The notes: a model not told the origin generated them from the sequence alone. DNA of 64,000 bases from Synechococcus sp. (GCA_047285535.1 JBJBDC010000001.1:192136-256135); one strand, 5' to 3'; counted from the stretch's first letter, positions 20,200-30,185 are shown. Made by a program: numbers and translations.

Positions 20200-20451
20200 G
20201 TGACCACGACTAAAAGAGTGATGCTGACAGTTGTCGCATCCGCTATAGTCCTACCCTCTGTGGTGAATCTGGCAATTTGGTTTGCCCTTGCCGCAAGGAG
20301 CTTTCTTTGGGACCTTCACTTTCTCGTTTATAGACCCGTGCCTCCATGGTTAACGACTGTCTCGTTTGCAGTGATAGTCGTTGTTGGGTGGGCTGCTCTC
20401 TTATCGCTTGTTCTTTGGATGTATTGGTTCATCTGGAGTAAAGAGAATTGA
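20200..20451 (+). CDS. Small two-TM membrane protein
   Basis: Two long hydrophobic helices and a Trp-rich C-terminus. Confidence 0.6.
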   Translation: MTTTKRVMLTVVASAIVLPSVVNLAIWFALAARSFLWDLHFLVYRPVPPWLTTVSFAVIVVVGWAALLSLVLWMYWFIWSKEN

Positions 20452-20500
20452 GGCCACATGCTTTAAGGCTTAATGGGATTATCCCTAGAAGCATCACTCC

Positions 20501-20990
20501 TTAAGTTTCCCGGACTGTCTTCTTTTTCTCTATTGAATTCATTCGATTCCTGGTTACTCTCGATGTCTGGATATCTGATGCTGGTATGAGAAAATCAGAT
20601 CCTCTGACTCCAATGTTTTGCGCGTAGAACTGTTTCACTACAAGCTTTGATGTCCCTAATTGATGGAGAATCATATGCCATGGTTTCCGATACTTACAAT
20701 GCTTTTTCAGTTTTTGGCGATGATGTATGTTCTGGATTAGGCGTATCAATACTGGGCAAATCGTTGGATATTCTCCCGTTAAGGTGTATCGGCTGATGTT
20801 TCTTTTTCATGTACTCTACACTTCTCATTTCGTTGTAACTTGGTTTATAGACTGAGCAAACTTTGCAGTGCTTGGACTTCTTGTTTTTTTTGTCTGGGTA
20901 GTGATGGTAGAAATTTCTATTGGGGCTCATCAATGCCTGTTCATGATGTGGAATCAATCTTGACTTGTTTGGGCCTATTCTTATTGGCTG
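20501..20990 (-). pseudogene. Degraded DUF305 (ferritin-like, CopM-like) gene
   Basis: LIPHHEQALMS matches the DUF305 MIPHHxQAIxM motif. A second copy HMILHQLG...ASDIQTS and an EVQAL...LQRNE segment lie in other frames. Confidence 0.5.
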
Positions 20991-21609
20991 TTGCTAATAA
21001 TGAGTTTTCGTATTTCGAATCATCACCTTTGTTTTGGAATCTTTTATCAAGAGTGTCCTTCCTATGCTTTTAGTTTCCTCCTTCCATTGATTTGACTTTC
21101 AACCCTTTTTAGCAACGATCAAGACTGCAGATTCGTACTTATTGTCTATTCTCTTGCTTGACGATCTAATCTGTGATCGCTTAATCGCAATTCAAACTTT
21201 ATTTGGTGTTACCTTCAAACTTTTCTTGGAAGGATCTTTTCCCAGGCCTCCGGATTATTCGTTGGCACATTTATCCATAAAAGTTCAGGTCGGACAGCCT
21301 TGCTTAGATGGCCGACTGTTGAATTGAGTTGGCTCATCCTCATCTGTTTGAGTATCAGCTTTGAGATCTTCAACAATTTGTCTTGATTCAACGCGCACTC
21401 ACAGCATTTTAGGTCCTATCAGCAAACACTTTGTTTCGTGCCGCACTCTGCCGAAACTAGTGGCGATAAGGGTTCGTCAAACTTGAAGCCATATCGAATC
21501 TATTTATGCTTGAGCAGAAATTTTGAGCTGATCTGACACAGACTTCGAGAATTCCTGCCATGAGTTCCATTGGGGTTTGGAGTGAGTTAATGCGGTCATC
21601 CCGTCTTTT

Positions 21610-21831
21610 TTATTCCCACTTAATTGTGCAGCGGTAGCGAGAGCTAAAATCACCGGTCCCAATCGTCACGCAGTTTGTCTCCGTGATAGTGGCTCCTTCT
21701 GGAACCTTTGCTCTGAGGTTATTCAACGTGATTTCTTCGCTGACCCCACTTCCTGTTGCTGATTTCGTTTTGGCCTCTGCACCGTTCCCGAAGAGCATTA
21801 ATCCAGCCAACAGTCCAATCACGAGCTTCAT
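21610..21831 (-). CDS. Small secreted protein (73 aa, 2 Cys)
   Basis: Signal peptide ending AEA|K; C-terminal C-x13-C beta-hairpin-like segment ending YRCTIKWE. Confidence 0.75.
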   Translation of the reverse strand: MKLVIGLLAGLMLFGNGAEAKTKSATGSGVSEEITLNNLRAKVPEGATITETNCVTIGTGDFSSRYRCTIKWE

Positions 21832-22391
21832 TGCTATTCATTCAACTCTCCTATTACTAGCTACTCAGCCAGGATCAGCACACGAATCACTTCTTATATC
21901 TCGATAAGTGCCACGGCACAACTCCTCTAGGCACCAGTTCCTTTGAGTCGTTCTCTCTATGCTGCTGATGTTGAGACAACTGTTGCAACTCGCGTCCCTT
22001 CAGTTTTATTTCCTCCTCTTCCACCCTGTGTTGTTGATACGGTCGTAGGCAAAGTAATTAGCACTCGAAATTCCGGTAAGCGACTGTCTCTGATTGTCTG
22101 AATCAGTTCATTCCGATGGGCAAGATACAATCCGACCCAAATCAAAGATTGATTAATTAAACGCTAGGTTTATGGATTGAATATCGATCTTGCTCGGATT
22201 CGTTAATTGTATCCCTATCTGCGTCATCGCTGTCGGCTGAACACTTGTCGTACATCTGGATTGATAACTGCAATCCTTCCATACCCTTAATAGTCCTTGT
22301 CTTATTGATATTTACCGAAATCTCTTCTATTGTTATGCGTCTAGGCCTAAGATTCCTATTAAGAATTTGATTGCTGTGGCTGTGTACATTG

Positions 22392-22736
22392 TCACCAAGT
22401 CACTCTGATATTCCCTCCATTTGGGCCCTGAAATGTTACCCCGCCTTCGGGACCACGTGGTTCATAGCGAGGTCCCCAATTGATAGGCCTACGACCCTGC
22501 CACCAATCTCCATTACGTCTGCAAACACCATCGCCCTCGTAGTGGTATCCAATTGCACATACCTGATGGTCTCTTCGGCCTTTGGGCTTGCAATACCCAG
22601 CTCCCAGTGCGGGTCCAGTTTGTACCCAGCGTGCATGGGGACCGCAGTTTTGTGCTGCTTCTGTTGGCACACCAGCACCTGCAACTACCTGGAATGCTGC
22701 AAAAATTCCTACAGCAACCGAGCTAGGTCTCAGCAT
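22392..22736 (-). CDS. Small secreted Cys/Gly/Arg-rich protein (114 aa)
   Basis: Hydrophobic leader, then CGPHARW...GYC and CAIGYHY...GVCRRN modules. Confidence 0.7.
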   Translation of the reverse strand: MLRPSSVAVGIFAAFQVVAGAGVPTEAAQNCGPHARWVQTGPALGAGYCKPKGRRDHQVCAIGYHYEGDGVCRRNGDWWQGRRPINWGPRYEPRGPEGGVTFQGPNGGNIRVTW

Positions 22737-23041
22737 TGAGTTCTTTCCAATAGTACTAATCAAAACATGACAATAGTGCTGGCTTTTGTCAGATGAGCTC
22801 AATAAAATCTTACAAATATTGCAAGTGAGCAGGATGAGCTCGGCATACGTGTCATGTTTTGTTTGAATTGTAAGGACTTCTGACTCTCTACAAGCCCGGC
22901 TAAGTATTGATCTAGGTGCGTTATCGAGAGTCCCTTTGTCAGTTCAATCCCAGGGTTTAATCTTTTCAAGATTGCTAATTATTTTTCCTGGTCTCCTTGT
23001 ACTGACTTGCTGTTCTTTGATGGCTGAGCCCTTTACTCGAA

Positions 23042-23524
23042 TTATCGTTGAAACCAAGCTGTGAGCGCTACCGCTAGGGCGTCTGCAGCGTCGTCGGGAC
23101 GCGGGGGTGTGTCGAGTTCAAGTTCGCGCATCACGGCTTCCAGTACTTCATCTTTGTCCGCGTGTCCGTGGCCCGTTAGAGCTTGCTTGATTTGCATCGG
23201 CGGGAATTCCACAATCGGTAGTCCAAAGCGTGTGAGTGTCATAATCAGCACCCCTCGTGCTTGGACTACTGCAATGGTGTTGTTAGAGCGGTAGAAAAAA
23301 AACTTCTCAACGCTTGCCAGTTCGGGTGTGTGGATTCGAATGATCTGGCGTAAGTCGCGTGCAATTTCCAACATTCTTTCCCCTTCGCTACGACCTGGAT
23401 CAGTACGGATAATTCCGCAGTCGATCATTTTTTGTTTACCAGTATGTCTACCCTCTTGTGATTGCACTTCGATCACCCCATAGCCAACGCGTGCAAGGCC
23501 TGGATCAATGCCAAGGATTCGCAA
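23042..23524 (-). CDS. ruvC: Holliday junction resolvase RuvC
   Basis: ILGIDPG, VEKFFF, QARGV, G-G-ADK and DDAADALAVA. Confidence 0.97.
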   Translation of the reverse strand: MRILGIDPGLARVGYGVIEVQSQEGRHTGKQKMIDCGIIRTDPGRSEGERMLEIARDLRQIIRIHTPELASVEKFFFYRSNNTIAVVQARGVLIMTLTRFGLPIVEFPPMQIKQALTGHGHADKDEVLEAVMRELELDTPPRPDDAADALAVALTAWFQR

Positions 23525-23530
23525 TTTCGT

Positions 23531-24619
23531 TTATCCAGCAAGAGCCAGTTTGAATTCAGCACGATCGCTGGATTCATTGCGTTCGAATACCTTGCAGAAC
23601 ACTTTGATGACCCGATCGCCGGAGTCAATTTGTTCTAGTGGATCTTTGCGCAGTCGATGGCGCAGGCAGCATGACACGACCCTGGCGATGTCATCTTCGC
23701 TGACTTCGGTGCGCCCCTCAAACGCCGCTAAAGCCCTTGCCGCCCGATTGGTGACGATGTCACCACGCAGTCCATCCACATCCAATTCGCCGCAGACTGA
23801 TGAAATGCTTAAGCGCAAATCATCATCAATAGTCACTTGCTCTAGTCGGTGCTGCGCTTCCACAACCCTTGCTTGCAGGGCGTCTTGGCCAGCCCTCAGG
23901 CTCAAGCTGAAGGCATCGGGGTCACTATCGAATGCTGTGCGTTGGTCCACCACTTTGACTCTGAGTTCGGGATCACGAACGGTGCGGACCTCGACGCTCA
24001 TGCCAAAGCGGTCAAGTAGCTGGGGACGGAGCTCTCCCTCTTCTGGGTTGCCAGATCCGATCAGCACGAACCTTGCAGGATGTCGCACCGATACCCCTTC
24101 CCGCTCCACGGTATTCCAGCCTGATGCGGCTGAATCCAAAAGCACATCAACAAGATGGTCGTCGAGCAAGTTGACCTCGTCGACGTAGAGAAGACCACGA
24201 TTGGCCTTGGCGAGCAAGCCAGGCTCAAATGCGCGTACACCTTCGCTGAGTGCTTTTTCAATATCGATCGTTCCACAGAGGCGATCTTCCGTAGCTCCAA
24301 GGGGAAGGTCAACCATCGGGACTTGCCTTTGCTCGGTCCCAAGGGCTTCGCCGTGTTCCAATCGCTGCCTCACTTCACTGCTTTGCAGATCTGGGTCAGT
24401 TGGTGAGCTGTTGTAAGGGTCACCGGCAACGACCTCAATGGCTGGCAAGAGGTCTGCAAGGGCACGGATCGTGGTGGATTTGCCTGTGCCTCGATCTCCC
24501 ATGATCATCACGCCACCGATCCGTGGGTCAATCACGTTGAGCAGCAGAGCCAACTTCATCTCTTCCTGCCCGATGACGGCGGTGAAGGGAAAGACCCTGC
24601 GCTTGCGCGGTGAACTCAC
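23531..24619 (-). CDS. chlI: Magnesium chelatase ATPase subunit I
   Basis: FPFTAVIGQEEMK, GDRGTGKST, LYVDEVNLL and NPEEGELRPQLLDRFG. Confidence 0.98.
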   Translation of the reverse strand: MSSPRKRRVFPFTAVIGQEEMKLALLLNVIDPRIGGVMIMGDRGTGKSTTIRALADLLPAIEVVAGDPYNSSPTDPDLQSSEVRQRLEHGEALGTEQRQVPMVDLPLGATEDRLCGTIDIEKALSEGVRAFEPGLLAKANRGLLYVDEVNLLDDHLVDVLLDSAASGWNTVEREGVSVRHPARFVLIGSGNPEEGELRPQLLDRFGMSVEVRTVRDPELRVKVVDQRTAFDSDPDAFSLSLRAGQDALQARVVEAQHRLEQVTIDDDLRLSISSVCGELDVDGLRGDIVTNRAARALAAFEGRTEVSEDDIARVVSCCLRHRLRKDPLEQIDSGDRVIKVFCKVFERNESSDRAEFKLALAG

Positions 24620-26004
24620 GGGTGAACGTATGTTGTTGAACTGGATTGTTTCACAGGCAGCACCGTAAGGACTTGCGGAGGTGTTGCATCGGCGGGGTAG
24701 ATCAGTCGAACGCGCACCTTTCGAGTCTGTCCTGGCGCCAAAGCGACTTCACCGAGGATCGGTCCTTTTTGACCACGACGTAACACCAGGTGGAACAGAC
24801 GAGGGCCCATCGCTCGGCCACTTTCTCCATCCAGGCCAGTCACCTCAATGGGGCCTCGAAACATCACAGGACCACGATCTCCTTGTTTGAACTGCAATTT
24901 GCCATTGCCGCTGCCTTGTTTGACGGGTGATTCCAGTGCAATTGCAATCGAGCGAGTCTTGTCGTCCGGGTTGTGCAGCGGGAGGTTGAGGTCATATTCC
25001 ATTCCGTAATTGCCATGGGCCGCCCAGGCTGTTCCCTGATCAAAGGCTTTGAGTTCAGCTGTTTGTACCTGACCTGTTCCCAGATCGCCTCGTTCCAAGC
25101 TGCTGATTGGCCATGAAATTGGTGCGTTATCAATGTTCAGGTTCTTGGAACCTGAATCGTTCAAGGTGCCGCTCCAGGTGCTGCCAATCTGAATGCCACT
25201 CACTCTTGAGTAAATCATTTTCCCTGTGCTCCCTCTTGGAGAGGGTTCGTGTTCTTTTGGACTTCGTGTTCCCGCGGCAAGCAATGTTCTTAAACGTTGA
25301 TTGGTGGGTGGTTTGTCGTTTTTTCCATAAGCTGCCACTGTGGCCAAATACACAGGCGCGGAACTCTTCAGCCTTAACTGCAGATTTCGGCCGTTGAGCA
25401 ACGGGTCCAGTCCTGCGACGGGAATAGGCAGGACCAGCAAAGGGCTGGCTTTGTCCGGGGCAATCTTGATTTGACGTGGAAGTTCAGGAGCCCGATCGCC
25501 ACGCAGCAAGTCACCTGCCACTCGGCTCCCTGGACCAGAGGCAATGGGAGTGGTGGTTTCTGCCATCAGTGATGGCAGTGGAAGAAAAGGAGCTGATGTT
25601 TGACCAGGCTTGGTGCCCTGGGATAGGGAGGTGCTGCCTTCGATAATGTCCAATGTGACGGGCTGCTTTCCGAGTGGTTGAGCTAACACCGCCAACCACA
25701 AGGTGGATGTCAGTTCTTCTGGTTTGCCCGCAAAGACATGATGGCTGAACAGGTCAAAGCGTCCATCTAAAGCAACATTGAGGCCTTGGTTGGCTGGAAA
25801 GGTGGACAGCAGAATCCCTTCACTGGTAATCAATTCTGGGTTGTTGTCATTCACCATCAGTACCTCATCCAAGTGGCCAGGGAGCTGACGCACCTGCTGT
25901 TGACGCACGACAGCAGTCTCCTCCTGCGTATTGCCCTTTGATGGCACGGCAGGGATGTGGGTGAGGCAGAGGGCTGCCAGGACCAGCAGCGGAGAACTTC
26001 GCAT
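24616..26004 (-). CDS. DUF3370 family exported protein
   Basis: NDNNPE, EGILLSTFP, FDLFSHH, AHGNYG-EY and YPADATPPQVLTV. Confidence 0.85.
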   Translation of the reverse strand: MRSSPLLVLAALCLTHIPAVPSKGNTQEETAVVRQQQVRQLPGHLDEVLMVNDNNPELITSEGILLSTFPANQGLNVALDGRFDLFSHHVFAGKPEELTSTLWLAVLAQPLGKQPVTLDIIEGSTSLSQGTKPGQTSAPFLPLPSLMAETTTPIASGPGSRVAGDLLRGDRAPELPRQIKIAPDKASPLLVLPIPVAGLDPLLNGRNLQLRLKSSAPVYLATVAAYGKNDKPPTNQRLRTLLAAGTRSPKEHEPSPRGSTGKMIYSRVSGIQIGSTWSGTLNDSGSKNLNIDNAPISWPISSLERGDLGTGQVQTAELKAFDQGTAWAAHGNYGMEYDLNLPLHNPDDKTRSIAIALESPVKQGSGNGKLQFKQGDRGPVMFRGPIEVTGLDGESGRAMGPRLFHLVLRRGQKGPILGEVALAPGQTRKVRVRLIYPADATPPQVLTVLPVKQSSSTTYVHP

Positions 26005-26012
26005 GGGTTAGA

Positions 26013-27140
26013 TCAGGTTGAGCGTTGACGGGGTGGAGCTGGCTTTGGTTTGAGCAAAGGTGCCATGGCTGCGGCCATGTTGCGAATCAGTTCTGTTGAG
26101 CGTGGGTCGTTGAAGGGGCCTTGCACTAAAAATGCAGCAACCGCGCGGCGACCATCTGGGAGTTCGATCAGGCCTGCATCGGCGTAAGCGATGCCAATGT
26201 CTCCTGTTTTGTTGAGCACTCGATAACCCTTGATCATCAGGCTGTCATCCGGTTCCCCTTGATTGCCTCCCAGACCTTTCAGCAGACCACCGGGAAGTAA
26301 ACGGTTGGTCACAGAAGTCCCCATGACCTGCCGGAATAAATCGCGGCTTCGTATCGAGAGTGCTTCTCCAGTGTCCACGAGCGCGATCGCTCTCGCCAGA
26401 TCACGGGCGCTGGTGGTATTGGTGCCTTTCAAGTCAGGAAGCCAGTTGTTCACCATGGTGGCGCTGAGTCCAAGACTGTTGAAACGGGCGTTGAGATCCT
26501 CTCGACCGCCGACGCGTTCGATGAGCAGGTTGGTGGCGGTGTTGTCGCTCACGCGGATCATTTCAGTGGCGACTTCATGGGTCGGAAAGCGCGTCCCTAG
26601 AGGTTTGCTGGCCATCCAGCCTGCTCCTCCTCCCACCACCGTTTTGCTGAGGGTTAGGGGTTCATTCCAGTTCAGTCGTCCTGCATCAATTTCCTCGAGG
26701 GCTACTAGCAGGATCGGTGTTTTGATTGCACTGGCCGCTGGAAGTGCAGTATCTGGATTGAGCTCCGCGTACCTGCCATCATCAAGGGCGAGCATGAACG
26801 CACTCACCTTGAGGTCAGGTTCAAGGGCGGCCAAGTCTTGCCAGCGTTGACTCAAGGCGGTCAGCTCCTGCTTGGTCTCAAAACGTCCAAGCGTGTCCGT
26901 GCTGCTAGGAGGATTGATGCCGGTTGCTGCTGGATCCTCTGGTTTGTTGATGGGTGGGGTGACGTTTGGAGTGAGCCAACTGGGAAGGCTTAGCTCACCG
27001 CGCTGAACAGCTGGACCCGCTAATTTCAAGGCTGATCCAGCAATCACACCCAGGCCAACACCCATCAGAATCAGGCGCAGTAACAACCTCAGTGGACGTC
27101 CCCATCCAGGGGGTTGATGACTGGAACGACTGGAGGCCAA
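26013..27140 (-). CDS. Serine hydrolase, class A beta-lactamase-like (cyanobacterial PBP-A type)
   Basis: SxxK (ASAIK), SDN and KTG motifs; N-terminal TM. Confidence 0.9.
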   Translation of the reverse strand: MASSRSSHQPPGWGRPLRLLLRLILMGVGLGVIAGSALKLAGPAVQRGELSLPSWLTPNVTPPINKPEDPAATGINPPSSTDTLGRFETKQELTALSQRWQDLAALEPDLKVSAFMLALDDGRYAELNPDTALPAASAIKTPILLVALEEIDAGRLNWNEPLTLSKTVVGGGAGWMASKPLGTRFPTHEVATEMIRVSDNTATNLLIERVGGREDLNARFNSLGLSATMVNNWLPDLKGTNTTSARDLARAIALVDTGEALSIRSRDLFRQVMGTSVTNRLLPGGLLKGLGGNQGEPDDSLMIKGYRVLNKTGDIGIAYADAGLIELPDGRRAVAAFLVQGPFNDPRSTELIRNMAAAMAPLLKPKPAPPRQRST

Positions 27141-27165
27141 GTCGAGGAAACAAGAAAACTAGAGG

Positions 27166-27894
27166 TTACGGGCGACCGCGTCGTGCTGCCCAACGTAATT
27201 GACGAACCATGCCCCTTAAGAGTGCGACTTCGTCACTACGAATCAGAGCTCGTTGCACCAGTCCTTTCACCTTGGCCATTCGTGCGCGTGCTGTGTGATC
27301 TAACAGGAATCCCACTTCGAGTAAGAGGGCTTCCGCATCGCGCAGGCAGTCTTCAAGCTCAGGAGCACTGGCTGGGATCGCGGTTCGATTCGAATCTGGC
27401 TTTGTACCGGATCGCCGTTCTCGTTCCAGTTCATGCAGGACGATCGCTACGGCATGGGAGAGATTGAGAGAGGGGTAGAGGTCTCCGGTGTGTAATTGGA
27501 CTACCCGTTGGCTGAACTGGAGCTCTTCATTAGACAGACCGCGATCTTCTCGCCCGAACACCAAGGCCGATCGAAGGCCTTGCGTTCTGCCACGGTCAAT
27601 CCAAGGCGCAATGTCTTCGGGAGATTGCAAGGGGATATCGCCGTGGTCGATGCGACCGCAACTGGCAACGATTTGCTGGCAGTCGGCCACGGCCTCCAGC
27701 AACGAGGTGAATATCGAGGCATTGGCAAGTACAGCATCACCATGAACGGCCATCCGTACAGCCTCCGGATCGGATGGATTGCATTTTGGTGAAACGAGCC
27801 TTAAATCTTGAATGTTGTAATTCGCGCACAATCTGGCGATGCTGCCGACATTCAGGGGTCCTGCCGGCTCAACCAGCACGATGGCCAACGTCAA
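27166..27894 (-). CDS. SPOUT RNA methyltransferase, TrmJ/LasT family
   Basis: VLVEP...NVGSIAR, LVFGREDRGL and YPSLNLSHAV. Confidence 0.92.
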   Translation of the reverse strand: MTLAIVLVEPAGPLNVGSIARLCANYNIQDLRLVSPKCNPSDPEAVRMAVHGDAVLANASIFTSLLEAVADCQQIVASCGRIDHGDIPLQSPEDIAPWIDRGRTQGLRSALVFGREDRGLSNEELQFSQRVVQLHTGDLYPSLNLSHAVAIVLHELERERRSGTKPDSNRTAIPASAPELEDCLRDAEALLLEVGFLLDHTARARMAKVKGLVQRALIRSDEVALLRGMVRQLRWAARRGRP

Positions 27895-28280
27895 GAGAAG
27901 GTTTTGAGATAAGCGAGCAGGTCGGCCATGTTTTGAGGTTCAATTTCGAAACGGGGCATTGGTGGTGTTTCACCACTGACCACCTGATGAATGATTTGCA
28001 TATCCCTACGACGATCGCTGATACCTTTCAGGCTTGGACCAACCAGGCCCTGGCCTGCAATGCCATGACATCCGGCGCAGTTGATGCGAAACATCTGACC
28101 GCCGTGCTGCTCAGATCCCACCAACGCAAGTGTTGCTTTGGTGTACGGATCTTTCCTTGAATTTCCCAGCATCCAAATCAGCAAAACTATGCAGGCCAAT
28201 GCCGCGAGCACCGTCAGAGCGGCAATGAGTCCGCGACTTCGCTCCGGAATTGCTGCAGCAGTTGATGACGGTGCCGTCAC
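27891..28280 (-). CDS. cytM: Cytochrome cM
   Basis: N-terminal TM, NCAGCHG heme motif, G-VGPSL and [10 protein letters not shown]; lies next to petG. Confidence 0.88.
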   Translation of the reverse strand: MTAPSSTAAAIPERSRGLIAALTVLAALACIVLLIWMLGNSRKDPYTKATLALVGSEQHGGQMFRINCAGCHGIAGQGLVGPSLKGISDRRRDMQIIHQVVSGETPPMPRFEIEPQNMADLLAYLKTFS

Positions 28281-28336
28281 AGAAAAGACCTGGCCATGGA
28301 ACAATTGTGCTCAATCATTTCATTGGGCGCGAGAAC

Positions 28337-28450
28337 ATGATCGAACCCCTGCTTTGCGGCATTGTTCTGGGCTTGATTCCGATCACCCTCTTGGGTTTGT
28401 TCGTAGCTGCTTGGAATCAGTATCGTCGTGGCAGCGCTCTTGGAGGCTGA
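28337..28450 (+). CDS. petG: Cytochrome b6f subunit V
   Basis: [32 protein letters not shown]. Confidence 0.97.
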   Translation: MIEPLLCGIVLGLIPITLLGLFVAAWNQYRRGSALGG

Positions 28451-29000
28451 GAAGCAGTAGGGCACTACTGCCGTAGTGTCTTTGATTAATCACACTCCAA
28501 GACGGGCAGGGGGTCAAGGGCCTGGTTTTGGTGTGTTCACAAATCAAAAGTCCTTCTTGGGCGACCCAGTCGCCGTCCAATAGCGCATCAAGCGTTGGCT
28601 GATACAGATCAGATCCGTACGGCGGATCGAAATAGATGAGATCAAATTTTTCTAGAGATTGTGGGCGGCCCCCCTTTAGCCAGCCGACTACATCGCCACG
28701 GATCACTTGAATGGTTGGGGAGGGAGACTTACCTTCCGAGACCATCTTGAGATTTTGGCGGCAGATGGATGCCGTTTTTGGATCTTTTTCCACGGCCCAC
28801 ACTCGTGTTACGCCCCGTTCAATGGCTTCGCAACCCATGACGCCGCTCCCGCTGCAAAGGTCCAGCCATGAGGCACCTTGCAAATCTGGTGCGAGCATAT
28901 TCATGACTGCTTCTCGCACACGCGCTGTGGTGGGTCTGGTGCCTGAACCAGCCGGACTGCGCAGGCGACGTCCTCCGCTTAAACGCAAGAGACCACTCAA
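28383..29000 (-). CDS. rsmD: 16S rRNA m2G966 methyltransferase
   Basis: [29 protein letters not shown] and YGSS; the TTG start overlaps the hisH stop. Confidence 0.92.
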   Translation of the reverse strand: MSGLLRLSGGRRLRSPAGSGTRPTTARVREAVMNMLAPDLQGASWLDLCSGSGVMGCEAIERGVTRVWAVEKDPKTASICRQNLKMVSEGKSPSPTIQVIRGDVVGWLKGGRPQSLEKFDLIYFDPPYGSDLYQPTLDALLDGDWVAQEGLLICEHTKTRPLTPCPSWSVINQRHYGSSALLLLSLQERCHDDTDSKQLRTNPRG

Positions 29001-29647
29001 GGCATTAACGGTGCACCCTGTTGCAGCCATTCCAACCATCGCAATAGCAACCGTTGGCCGGTTAGAGCCGATTTCTCAGGGTGAAATTGACAAGCTCCAA
29101 GTCGATTGCGCCAGATCGCAGCCGTAGCGTGCCCACATCCAAATTCAACGCTTGCAGCAAGATCAGTGGCTTCGTCAGGCTCCGCCGCGAATGAATGAAC
29201 GAAATACATCCATTCGGCGCCTGAAGGATTTGGTAGCAGCGGTGAAGGACGATCGATGTGAAGGCGCCCCCATCCCATGTGAGGGATACGTTCTCCTTGA
29301 TCCTTAGGGAGGCGCTTCACTCGACCTGGCAGCAAGCCAAGTCCGTTCCTTTGGCCTTCCTCGCTTGACTCAAATAACAATTGCAACCCCAGGCAAATTC
29401 CAAGCAGAGGGAGATTGGCTGCGTTCCAGGCTCGCAACTCGGGAATGAGTCCTGTGGCATCGAGACGATCCATTGCTGGGTCAAATGCTCCGACGCCAGG
29501 AAGGATCAGGGCCTGGCAACCCTCTAATTGATCAGGGTTTTGGATTGCCTTAAGGGGGCTCCCCAAGCGTTCGAAACACGTTCGCACAGAAAATAGATTT
29601 CCCATGCCGTAATCGATCAGTCCAATGGTGGGAGCTGAATTGGGCAT
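28997..29647 (-). CDS. hisH: Imidazole glycerol phosphate synthase glutaminase subunit
   Basis: IDYGMGNL, LPGVGAF, GICLGLQ, PHMGW, YFVHSF and QFHPEKS. Confidence 0.97.
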   Translation of the reverse strand: MPNSAPTIGLIDYGMGNLFSVRTCFERLGSPLKAIQNPDQLEGCQALILPGVGAFDPAMDRLDATGLIPELRAWNAANLPLLGICLGLQLLFESSEEGQRNGLGLLPGRVKRLPKDQGERIPHMGWGRLHIDRPSPLLPNPSGAEWMYFVHSFAAEPDEATDLAASVEFGCGHATAAIWRNRLGACQFHPEKSALTGQRLLLRWLEWLQQGAPLMP

Positions 29648-29688
29648 GGCATCAATGGGAATGCTTGCAGCAAATGCCCGCTTTTCGT

Positions 29689-30012
29689 TCAGAGATGCTT
29701 TGAAATAGTGCCAGAGAGCGTTGCTTTGGGTACTGCACCCACAACGGTGTCAACTTTTTGTCCGCTCTTGAACACCATCAAAGTGGGAATACTGCGAATC
29801 CCGTACTGACTGGCAACATTTGGATTCTCATCGGTATTTAGCTTGAAAACCTTGATTTTGCCTTCAAATTCCTTGGAGATCTCGTCAACAATTGGAGCGA
29901 CCATGCGGCAAGGACCACACCATGGAGCCCAGAAGTCCACCAAGACTGGAACGTCACTTTGAAGGACATCCTGTTCAAAGGATGCGTCTGTTACAGCGGT
30001 AGCGCTGGACAT
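29689..30012 (-). CDS. trxA: Thioredoxin (m-type)
   Basis: WCGPC active site and IRSIPT. Confidence 0.97.
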   Translation of the reverse strand: MSSATAVTDASFEQDVLQSDVPVLVDFWAPWCGPCRMVAPIVDEISKEFEGKIKVFKLNTDENPNVASQYGIRSIPTLMVFKSGQKVDTVVGAVPKATLSGTISKHL

Positions 30013-30124
30013 TCCGTTTTTGTCGTTATGAAGCGAATTTAGCAACCACTGCCCAAGTTTTCTAGGAATCAGCGGGCAGGCTCCCGAACTGTGACTGTTT
30101 CGAGAAGAGATTTAGAGAAAAGAC

Positions 30125-30185
30125 AGAAAGCCCGAACGCGTCGGGCCAGGGGGTGTGAGGAGTGTGTGGGACGAAGCCCGCACAC
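30125..30185 (-). ncRNA. yfr1: Yfr1 small RNA
   Basis: ACTCCTCACAC motif (30163-30153) between two hairpins, the second being GCCCGA..TCGGGC+TTT. A TAATCT -10 box lies at 30195-30190, and the guaB-trxA position is canonical. Confidence 0.9.

Larger units (their letters stand above)
8200..23040. mobile_element. AT-rich genomic island / hypervariable region (boundaries approximate; no integrase seen)
   Basis: GC content and coding density drop abruptly, there are several pseudogenes, and it interrupts the usual ruvC / 5-formyl-THF cyclo-ligase adjacency. Confidence 0.75.
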
